Assembly (NCBI GenBank): GCA_030704615.1
Contig: CM060731.1
Coordinates: 86,986,001-87,050,000, forward strand
Reading direction: 5' to 3'
From: Takakia lepidozioides
Lineage: Eukaryota > Plantae > Bryophyta
DNA length: 64,000 nt
The notes beneath the pieces were generated by a model. The model was not told the origin of the DNA. It saw only the letters and a list, made by a program, of their open reading frames with translations, and did no database searches. Below, in pieces: positions 1 through 9,900 of the stretch. The translations under genes were made by a program, and so were the position numbers. Position 1 is the first letter of the stretch. Every line of letters starts with the position of its first letter.

Positions 1-742
1 CTGGCCTCATCCCCATACTGCCCATTATGTTTAACCACTCACCAAGCTCGTGACACCTGGCCACATCTCCTCAGCCAATGTACGCACCCGATCATACATG
101 GCCTTCATATCACGCGACACAACCAAGCAGTCTAGTATCTCCATAAGCTCTTTCTGAAACCAGATGGTTCTCACTCATAAACGCTGGTACCTACCAAGGT
201 CGGCCACCCGACCACACTGTGCCACCCTGGCTGCTACCATGCATATGTACCCGATCACCATGTTCATGCCCTGCTAGGCTTTGCCTGGACATACTCCTTG
301 TACAAGGCCTACCCATTAACACCCTACCCCCACCTCACCATCCCCACAATTCACCAATCATTTCATTGAATTCACATTTTGCCACGATCGTTACCCCAAT
401 GACTCGATTTTAGAAAAACGTCAAAAATATGCCTCGCTTATCCTTGCAATCCGACGGTATGGCTGGAAAACTGGCCCATTAACCGTCATCACCGCCGGTA
501 CTCGAGGCGGCATTCATAACGCCAGTATCAAGGAATACATGATAACTTCAAAATTCCCACTCTTCCCATCCACAAATGCTTCAAAGCAATTCACCTCACG
601 GCACTCCGTTCACTCACAGCTATTATCACCAACAAACGCCAACTGGAATCCGGCACTTCAAACGCACCCTAGGTCCCCCAGGGTACCACAGACTCCCCTA
701 CTTTCTACGGTCACTTGGTGTCCCATAGGACACCTTTCCTTT

Positions 743-824
743 TATAGGGCCCACCCCCAAAAGGGGGCAATAGCCACAAGGCGAAGTGGCTCTTAGTTAC
801 GCCGGCTTCGGCCGGAGTCTTTTC
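743..824 (+). mobile_element. Short structured SINE-like element, copy 1
   Basis: Near-identical to 61772-61865. Hairpins CCCCC-NAAA-GGGGG and CCGGC-TTCG-GCCGG, a pyrimidine tail, and imperfect CTTTCC(C)TT flanks. Confidence 0.6.
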
Positions 825-1265
825 TTTCCCTTCAACATGGATGAAAAGTCTTAGAGGCAAAATGAAAGCTGGCTTTTCATCCATCCAATTGGATGACCAG
901 TTGGCGCGAGTTGTCATTTCATCCATCCAGCTCCTCCAGGCGAATTTCAGGATTTTTCATCCATCCAAGGAGTAGAAATTCAAATAATCGACCCCCATGA
1001 GTGCCGTCGACTCAATAATTTGGCGCCGCTGCTAATCAGCTCCATAAATCACCAAACTTGGTGACAAACTACCCTGGTTATCAGCGTCACGTCCGTCAGT
1101 CAAAGTCAAATCACATCAGACCTGACGCTAACGGGACCTCCGTCACGTCAGGTTCCGGGAATATTCTAGTAAAACACATACCAGGTAAAATATTGCCACT
1201 TAAGCAGCCACATCGCTGACACGGTGGCCGTGGCAAATACATTTTGAAAAATACTAAAATGAAAG

Positions 1266-2273
1266 TGACCGCCAATTCTGGCGGTCGCTTTATATTTCGG
1301 AATTTTAGAAATAAGAGCGACCGCCAACATGGCGTTCGCTTACATTTTTTATTAAAAAAACAAAATTGTCGGTCGCATTGGCGGTCGTCTAATTTAAAAA
1401 GAAAAATAGCGACCTCCATATTGGCGGTCGCATAATTTTGAGAATATATAAAAAAACAAACGACTGCCAGAATTGGCGGTCGCTTAATTTCAATAACATA
1501 TAAAAAGCAAGCGACCACCATAATATGGCGATCGCTTTATCTTACAAATATGTAAAAAAAACCAGCGACCGCCATAATATGGCGGTCGCTATATTTTAAA
1601 TATATTTAAAAAACCCAGTGACCGCTATAATATGGCAGTCGCTTTATTTTAAATATATATATATATATACATAACCCGTGACCGCCATAATATGGTGGTG
1701 GCTTTAATTCAATTTTTTTTTTAATAAAAATGACTGCCATAATATGGCGGTTGCTTTATTTTAAAAATATTTAAAAAAACCAGTGACCGCCATAATATGG
1801 TAGTCGTTTTTATTCAAAAATTTAAAAATAAAACAGCGACTGCCATAATATGCCGGTCGCTTTATTTTAAAAATATTTTTAATTTCAAAAAATGCAGCGA
1901 CCGCCAGTAATGGCGGTCACATTTATTTTTTATTTTTAAAAAATAGAACGACCGCCATAATTGGTGGTCGCTTGTATATTTTTAATTTCTGAAAATGCAG
2001 TGACCACCAGTAATGGCGGTCGCTTTTATTTTTTATTTTTTAAAATAGAGCGACCGCCATTATTGGCGGTCACTTTTTAATAAAAAAAAAAAATAGACCG
2101 ACGGCCATTACTGGCGGTCGCTTGTATATTTTTAATTTCTGAAAATGATGCGACCGCCAGTAATGACCGTCGCTTTTATTTTTCATTTTTTTAAATAGAG
2201 CGACCGCCGTTTTGGCGGTCGCTTTTATTATTTAAGTTTTTAAATAGAGCGACTGCCATTACTGGCAGTCGTT
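1266..2273. repeat. Array of about 20 palindromic units GCGACCGCCA-N3-5-TGGCGGTCGC separated by AT-rich spacers (period about 50 bp)
   Basis: Units read directly, e.g. gcgaccgccataatatggcggtcgc at 1565-1589. Resembles DNA-transposon subterminal repeats. Confidence 0.85.
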
Positions 2274-2585
2274 ATTTTGTTTTTTTTTTAAATGTAGTTG
2301 ATGACATAAATATACACAGTGCAACACTCCACTATAGGATATTTGTCTGGGCATTGTGGAACTATAGGAAAGAGCTTTTAAGCACAAAGTTTTGGGTTGA
2401 TACCAAGTCAAATGGTCACAGAGAGGGAAAGTGAGGGGTACAGACATCACAAAAGAGTACACATTTGGCTTTTTGCAAAACAAGGGGATCTATTCAGAGG
2501 GCATTGAGGGAGTCAAGTGTCACTGCTGTTGCAGTGCCAACAAAACCCAGCTCGCTAACAAAGTACCGTTCATGGTTTAGCTATC

Positions 2586-2775
2586 TGTCGTGCGCATACA
2601 TATCGCTACACAACTACATCGCTGTCCAAAACCACACAACACATGTGCACACCACACACTAGTATACCACTAGTCTACCACTAGTCCAGCCACTAGTCCA
2701 ACCACTAGGCTACAACTAGTCAGTCACTAGGCTGCCACTACGCTGCCCACTATGGCAGTCGCTAGTCCACACAAT
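2586..2775 (-). repeat. Element 1 repeat B2 (terminal, carries the CA end)
   Basis: Direct repeat of 3104-3292, differing by one indel. Confidence 0.95.
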
Positions 2776-3101
2776 GATAAAGAAGAAGAATACAAGCACA
2801 AGCTCATGCGAGCTCACAAAGCTGAAGCATAAACTCATGCATATATAACCTCATCACTCAAATACAAGTCAAGCCAAGTGCACCCCACGCCATGGGGAAT
2901 CCACACTACGGCGCCATAGCTAGGCGCGGTGAGGCTCAACTCGAGAAAGATGAGCCTCCCGCGCTTGCCGTGAAGATAACCACTCCAGGGCCTAAATCTG
3001 CCTTGACCCCTGGATTGACACTTGGGCCAATCCCAAATGTCAATATGTAAAAGCTAGCTATTTCCTAGCTAGTTTCACACTAGTGGTAAAATAACTTGAC
3101 A
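2775..3101 (-). repeat. Element 1 repeat A2
   Basis: 327-bp direct repeat of 14156-14482 with no differences seen by eye. Confidence 0.95.
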
Positions 3102-3103
3102 GT

Positions 3104-3292
3104 TGTCGTGCGCATACATATCGCTACACAACTACATCGCTGTCCAAAACCACAAACACATGTGCACACCACACACTAGTATACCACTAGTCTACCACTA
3201 GTCCAGCCACTAGTCCAACCACTAGGCTACAACTAGTCAGTCACTAGGCTGCCACTACGCTGCCCACTATGGCAGTCGCTAGTCCACACAAT
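3104..3292 (-). repeat. Element 1 repeat B1 (follows the PPT, separated from A2 by 2 nt)
   Basis: The minus strand reads PPT-B1...CGACA-AC-TGTCA(A2). Confidence 0.95.
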
Positions 3293-3304
3293 CGCCCCCC
3301 TAGC
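3293..3304 (-). promoter_or_regulatory. Polypurine tract of element 1
   Basis: Minus strand GCTAGGGGGGCG immediately before B1. Confidence 0.7.
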
Positions 3305-3550
3305 TGGTGCTTAGGTCCCTCTAAGTCCAGGTAGCCACAAGATGTGATAGTGACCATAGCCTCACTAAGTCCTCCACCACTATCCCTACTACACTCAAAC
3401 TCGATAGATCAAGAGGCCGGGTGCAAGAGTTGCCCCATCGTTAGTCGCCGTCTTGCAACCTGTGAACTTGAGCTTGGGATCTCATGTATTGACTCCTATG
3501 AGCTTGGCCTCCCATGTCTTGTTAGCTGCCTCCAGTCATGTCCACTGCCA

Positions 3551-6500
3551 CTATCCCAAGCAGTGTGGACACAACCAATCTCCGTCAGGCACCTTCTCAA
3601 GAGGTGGTGTCAAGCATCCCATATGCCAACCCCTTGAGCACCGATCACACACCAGCATGGTGGCTGCCCCTTTGGCAGACCCACAGAGCATGCACCTCAA
3701 ACCTGCAGGTACCACTGCCAAGTTTGGGTCAACTCTGCCATCGACATTGGGAAGGTGACATGGCGCACAATTACGCACATGGTCTTTCCAAGTCATGCCA
3801 TCCCGACCCTCTAAGATCAGGACCCCTGAGGGCAACACCTCTCGAACCCTCAGAATAACACGCCCTGCAGTAACATCCAGAGTCGTAGGAGCAGTCTGCT
3901 GCAAATAAACATAGTCACCAGGGCTAAACCTCCGAACCCCAGGACGATATCCTCCACCACGTATAGTGGCATACCTCAACATATCACGGTGATGTGCAAT
4001 GGCAAGGTTCTCAAAAGCCATGGGCATGACTTTCTTGAACAACTCTGCACGCTGATCACATGCACGTACCCACACGTCCGGATCGTCAAGGTTAAGGACT
4101 TGAGCAGTGTCCCTACGAATGGCTGCAGGCAAATCCGGCTCTCGGCCAAAGAGAAGGAAATATGGTGAGAAGGAGGCAAGTGATGCTTGTTTGCTGAACC
4201 TGTAGCCCATGGCTAACCAAGGAACCTGAAGATCCCAATCTCCTAGGTGTCCCTTCTGCAAGCCATACTTGCGCAAACCCCTCTTCACCGTCTGAACAAC
4301 TCTCTCTGCTAAGCCATCGGCCTCAGGATGATCCCGAGAAGTGGTGCGGTGGTCTATCAAGGCTTTATCACACAAAGCCTGAAACTCCCCCAAGAACTCT
4401 CTCCCTTGGTCCGTGAGTACCTCAGCTGGAGCACCAAATCGGCTAAGCACACGATCCAAGAATGCATACGCAGCCCCCTCACTAGCCTTGTCAGGCAATG
4501 GAACCAACTCAATCCACTTGGAGAAGTGCTCCACCATCACCAACACATATCTGTGGTGGCGCATAGTCAGTGGCAACGGTCCTGCGAAGTCAAGACTCCA
4601 CCTGTAGCCCAATCCCATGATAGGTAAAGGATGCAACTGTGGTGTAGGGGCGTTGAATGAAGCACGCACCCTGTCACACACCATGCACCTAGCCACAAAC
4701 TGTTGCACCTCTGTATGCATACCACGCCACCAATACTGCCCCTGCAGTAAACTGTGAGTGCGTCGCACTCCAAAATGCCCCAACTCCTCATGGGCATGCC
4801 GCACTAACCGTGCACGCTGTGTGGGGTGAGGCACAATCCTCACCCGACCATCCTCCCACACTCGAAGTAGGTGTATCCCCTCCCACTTGAACCTCTTGGC
4901 TCGTTGCAGGATCCGATCCCTCTCCCTGGCAGTCACAATGGCTGCCGTGTCTCCCGTGCGGAGGTAGTCCAACACAGCCGAATCCTCATGTATATCTCTG
5001 GCACCACCTAGCTCATCACTAGCCTCAGGGTCCTCAGACACTCCGTCTACAGTCATCCCTGTTGTAGGTCCAATCTGACCTCCCGATGCCAAGATACACA
5101 AAAATGCAGATGCGTGCCATCCCGGCACCATCTCCTCGTCCGTCTCACCATGCCACCGAGCTCCAGTGTCATCCTGCTGGCTCATGCATGGATTGCGACT
5201 CAATCCATCCGCATCCCGATTGACCAAACCCGGTCGATGCACAACCTGAAAGTCATACTCCTGGAGTATAAGTGCCCACCGTGCAAGCTTCCCTGTAAGC
5301 TTGTCTGACTCCATCAACCACTTGAGTGGCTGGTGATCCGTGACAAGGGTGAAAAGATTGCCGTATAGATAGCACCTGAAGTGTGCCACGGCCCACACTG
5401 CAGCTAAGCACTCTCCCTCATATGAGCTGTACTTAGCCTCTGCAGCGTTGTTCGAGCGGCTAGCGTAAGCCACTACGAACTCTCTTCCCTCATCATCCAC
5501 CTGTGTGAGCACCGCTCCAAGCCCCAGCATGCTCCAATCCGTATGCAGCTGAAAGGGACGCCCCCTGATAGGTCGTCTCAAGATAGGCGCCGAGGTCAAC
5601 CTCGCCTTGAGCTCTTGAAAAGCTCGTTCCTGCTCATCTTCCCACTGCCACTCCTGGTCCACCTTGGTCAGCTTGGTTAGAGCCTTTGCAATGGTACTAA
5701 ATCCCTTGACAAACCGTCTATAATAGTTTGCCAACCCCATGAAAGCTCGAACTCGGCTCACATCCGTGGGGCGTGGAATTTGTGCAATGGCCTCTACCTT
5801 AGTCTGCTGTACCCCCAATCCTCCAGGATATATCATGTGACCCAGATACTCAATCTGGTTGTGGAAAAACTTGCACTTCCCCGGATGCAACTTCAATCCG
5901 TGCGCTCTCAAGCGCTCCAATACCACCTGAAGGTGTCTCTCATGCTCCTCCATCGTAACACTAAAGATGATGATGTCATCTATGTAGCACCGAGCAAAGT
6001 CCACCCCTGCTAGAATCCTATCCATGACTCTCTGAAACTCTGCAGGAGCATTCTTAAGCCCAAATGGTAAGAACCGCCACTGATATAGGCAATCCTTGCC
6101 GTGCTCATTGATCCCCCAGAATGCCGTCTTCTGCTTGTCCGCCTCCTTGATTGGCAACTGGTGATATCCGGATCGTAAATCCAAAGTGCTAAAGGCCTTA
6201 GCATGCCCGATGGCATCAAAGATCTCCTCTGGTGTTGGCATGGCATACTTATCGGACTTGGTCTGACGATTTACAGGCCGGTAATCACCGCACATACGTC
6301 TCTCCGTCCAATTGCCATAGACATCCTTCTTGGCTGGCATCACTGTGGCTGAAGCATACTCTCCACCAGAGAGCTCCACCAAACCTGCCTCCCAGAGATC
6401 TTGAGTCCTCATCTGAATCAAAGACCTCTCCATGTCACTGTATCTATAGGGTCTCCGAAAGATTGGCGTGTCAGTGGCCAACTCAATACGGATCTCTTGA

Positions 6501-6685
6501 CCCTTCAGTGCTCCCAAGTCCTTCAAACTGAAGGCAAAGCAATTCCTGTAAGCCCTCAGGAACCGCCGTATACGTCGTCTCTCTCCTCCGGTGACAATGG
6601 GTCCAATGTCAGGCTCCCAATTGTCCTCCGTAACTACAACCTTAAGTCCAGTGGGCTTAGAGGTAGAGGACGCGTCCCGTGGTTG
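3551..6685 (-). CDS. pol: Pol: reverse transcriptase, RNase H, integrase with C-terminal PHD finger
   Basis: RT motifs LDLRSGYHQ, PFGLKNAP, YIDD. RH motifs TDWS, YASR, TDHQPL. IN HHCC plus D-D-E (LDFAGP, TDQG, GLAER). PHD CMLC...CDRC..WH..C...WLCPHC. The frame is open from just after the TAG at 6686-6688; the ORF track calls 3551-6526. Confidence 0.95.
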   Translation of the reverse strand, partial: QPRDASSTSKPTGLKVVVTEDNWEPDIGPIVTGGERRRIRRFLRAYRNCFAFSLKDLGALKGQEIRIELATDTPIFRRPYRYSDMERSLIQMRTQDLWEAGLVELSGGEYASATVMPAKKDVYGNWTERRMCGDYRPVNRQTKSDKYAMPTPEEIFDAIGHAKAFSTLDLRSGYHQLPIKEADKQKTAFWGINEHGKDCLYQWRFLPFGLKNAPAEFQRVMDRILAGVDFARCYIDDIIIFSVTMEEHERHLQVVLERLRAHGLKLHPGKCKFFHNQIEYLGHMIYPGGLGVQQTKVEAIAQIPRPTDVSRVRAFMGLANYYRRFVKGFSTIAKALTKLTKVDQEWQWEDEQERAFQELKARLTSAPILRRPIRGRPFQLHTDWSMLGLGAVLTQVDDEGREFVVAYASRSNNAAEAKYSSYEGECLAAVWAVAHFRCYLYGNLFTLVTDHQPLKWLMESDKLTGKLARWALILQEYDFQVVHRPGLVNRDADGLSRNPCMSQQDDTGARWHGETDEEMVPGWHASAFLCILASGGQIGPTTGMTVDGVSEDPEASDELGGARDIHEDSAVLDYLRTGDTAAIVTARERDRILQRAKRFKWEGIHLLRVWEDGRVRIVPHPTQRARLVRHAHEELGHFGVRRTHSLLQGQYWWRGMHTEVQQFVARCMVCDRVRASFNAPTPQLHPLPIMGLGYRWSLDFAGPLPLTMRHHRYVLVMVEHFSKWIELVPLPDKASEGAAYAFLDRVLSRFGAPAEVLTDQGREFLGEFQALCDKALIDHRTTSRDHPEADGLAERVVQTVKRGLRKYGLQKGHLGDWDLQVPWLAMGYRFSKQASLASFSPYFLLFGREPDLPAAIRRDTAQVLNLDDPDVWVRACDQRAELFKKVMPMAFENLAIAHHRDMLRYATIRGGGYRPGVRRFSPGDYVYLQQTAPTTLDVTAGRVILRVREVLPSGVLILEGRDGMTWKDHVRNCAPCHLPNVDGRVDPNLAVVPAGLRCMLCGSAKGAATMLVCDRCSRGWHMGCLTPPLEKVPDGDWLCPHCLG

Positions 6686-6905
6686 CTATGCTGCAACCTC
6701 TTGAGCAGTACTCCCTACCTGCTCAGTCAATGACAAGGCATCATCCTGCCCCATCATCTCATCCTTGAGGACCTCCTCAACCGAGAAGAATCCCCAACCT
6801 CATCCATCACAGCCGCCTTGGCTGCCAACTCCCTCTGAACCTCGAGCACCTCCCACGTGTGCCATGGATGCATGCACCCCGTGGTCCTCATATGCTCGCC
6901 CCCAC

Positions 6906-9900
6906 TCACTGCCTGTACCGTCTCGGTAGGCAGAGAGACCATTGAGGGAAGTGTATTCCGCACTCTGCGTTGCTCAGCAGAGCCAAGCTGATAATCCAGG
7001 TCAAGCAATTGAGATCCATTGCTTGCCCCAACACTTGACGACGTGATGCCTCAGAAAGAGACGACACCGCCGTGGTACCAGTGGTAAAACCCATTGCCCG
7101 CTCACGCTCGTCAGCATTAGGCTCCACTAACTGCTGCAACTGAGCATCCCACAGGAGGCCAGGTCCACTATCCCGGAAAGCATGCGATCCTGGGAAGCTG
7201 AGCAGTGTAGGTAATGCTGCTCGTGGTTGACCCACCTTGTTGACCACTGCCAAAGGCGAACGGTCATCGTGTCTCACACGTTGAGACTGCCTCCCTGTGT
7301 CCAGAATGTTATCCACTGTGAGATGTGCTGGCCGCTGCACCCCATCAAATGCACGCTTGAGCAGTGCGGGTGGCATCATGTTAGTCCACCATAGCCGTGG
7401 ACGATGAGCCCGTGACCCCACTGTAGCTGCATCTAGCAACACTGCTGACCCAAGCCACGACCGGACTTGATGCACACTGGCCATCACCCTGGCCCGAGAA
7501 TCGCCCATCAGTGGCACATTCTCCAAGATGTATGCTGGAGATACAGCTTGATGAAGCTGCAAGTGGCGCAAAACCCGCACCATCTCCCAAAACAGACCCG
7601 ACCTCGAGTCTCGCAATCCATTGCCATGCCCGGCTGATGAATGCCCTTGGCAGGGCCAACCTGCCACTACCAGATCAATGGAGCCAACCCGCTCCAAATC
7701 CTGCGCCCCCAGCAACGAAATGTCTGCTGGCAAGGCCTGCTGATATCCACGAATTGCAGACACCGACAACAACTCAGGGTACCGCTGCACCAACTGAGCA
7801 ACATGGCGAAGTGAAACGCGTCGTGCAGTCTCATCCCTCTCCACATACAGGTAACGCCGAACTCGTACACCTGCCTGTAACACAGCAGCCAATCCGGTGC
7901 TGATCCCGCCAAACAAGTCCAGAAGACAAATGCCTTCATCCGGAGACTGCCACACAATAGGTGTGGTGTCCAATGGAGACAATTGAGGTGGTCCTGGTGC
8001 AATCCCCACACTCTCCTCCTCTCCTGACGGTACAAAAGCCTCCACCCAGGCTTGTTGCACCCGTCGATCAGCATCCCGCTGCAAATCCTTGCTCGTGCCC
8101 CACAATGGAGTCTGAGCAACCATGGTAGGCAACTCCGCCATACCATACATGTCATCCTGCTCTCCCGGAGGTGGTACATCCTCTGAATGAGCATTGCCCT
8201 CAAGCAACTCTCTAGGCCAACTCACTGCCGCTGTGAATGCTGCTAGTGTCGGCATCTTGCCTCGCTGGGCAACCGCAACTCCTCCTATGAACGTCACAGG
8301 GAGCTGCACACGCCGGCCCTCCCCTGACTGCCATGCAGGCCTATAGGAAGCTGACTCCTCCCAAAAATCCAGGGTGAAGCCCATGGGGTACAACACTGCC
8401 CCACCAACCAGGACATCGTATGAGACTGCGTCTGTCACAATGGCCTTGGCTCGCATCACTGAGCCATCTGTAGGGTGATCCGGCCGTAGTCTGATAGCCA
8501 ACTCACGCCGTGTCATGCCCCGAGCCTGCTCCGATCCTCCCAGAGACGTCTGTATCTGGAAAGGACAAGGCTCCATATCCGCCTCCGTGAGGCCCAAGCC
8601 TGCAATAGCAGCTCTGCCCAGCATCAATGGCTGAGCTCCCGAGTCCAACAAGACTCGCAGTGGCCGGTACCTCTTGCCTGCCGGTCCACTCAAACAGAAA
8701 ATGCCATCCTGGTTGTCTAACATGACAACTCCAGGTGTCACCATGGCGCGCTCAATGGCTGGCCTAGCTGGCAGCTCCATCAACCTGGCAGCTGCAGCTT
8801 GCCATGGCGCCGCCGTGGCAGTCTTGACCCTCAAATCCGAGGATCCCTCCGGCACTACACCTCCCACTATCTCCGCAGAAGATGAAGTAACCTCCCCACT
8901 CTCACAGAGTGTAGCTGCCAGCCTGAACACCTCAGCTGGTCTTACCCCCGGCGTCGCAATCATGGTAGCCGAGAACAATGGAGCCTGGCACACAGATGTG
9001 GCCGCTCCTAGCAGCACACTAGCTGCCGTAGCCTTGGCAACACTAGGTAGTGGTGCTACCCGTGTAGCTCTCCCCAATGGCATAGTAACCTCCGCCTCGG
9101 TAACAGTCGGGCGAGAACTAGGTGCCATGGATGGCGTCGACACTGTCTCCGCCAATGTGAATGACTGAGGAAGCCTAGCCTGACGGCTTGCCTCCCCACG
9201 CTGTGGATCCAACTCCACCTCTGCACCTCGTGGCTCAGGAACTCGTGCTGCTCCTCGAGTCACGGCTGCAGCAGACTCCACCTGCACTAGTGGTAGTGCT
9301 GCTCCACACATGAATCCCATGCCTCCCATATCTCCTCCCTCAGGAGCAGGAGGTGGACCATCCGGCCTTAGAGCCGGTACCACCTGAGCTGTAGCCATGG
9401 CAGCGAGCCTCTGCTCTAGCTGCTGAAGCCGGTTGGCCATGCCTTGGTCAACACCCTGACCTCCGCGTCCTTGGCCACGTTGAGCTTGCCCTTGGCCTGC
9501 ACCTCGTGGCTGGCCACCTCGTCCCCTCTGGGCTGCTCCACCTCGCCCCCGGCCACCATTGTTCCCTTGGAACTGGCCTGGGCGCAACTCAGGATGCAAA
9601 CCATAACACTGAGCCTCTCCATGCCCGTGTTTGCCACAATGCCCACACTGTAACTGTGCAGGCTGTGCATGTGCCGGCCCTTTGCCTCCCTCTGGACAAT
9701 CCTTCTTGACATGGGGTCCTCCACATGTCCAGCACACCACATCCGCCCGTTGTTGGCCAGCAAATGAAGGGAGAGACCCCTGCATCTGAGGTCCTCTCTG
9801 CCCTTCCCTGAGCTTCACCTGAGCCCCCTTGTTGCCTTGAGCACGTTGAGGTAGTGGTTGGCTAGGAGCACCACTACCCCGTGGTGTCTCCTTAGCAAAT

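Noticed and set aside
1266-2273. CRISPR array
   Set aside because: Spacers are low-complexity and similar to one another, repeats are degenerate, there are no cas genes and the context is eukaryotic.
2586-3292. B-A-B block as a chance tandem insertion, recombination product or misassembly
   Set aside because: The same layout, with a 2-nt junction and B placed exactly after the PPT, recurs in two unrelated elements, and the TSD encloses the whole unit.
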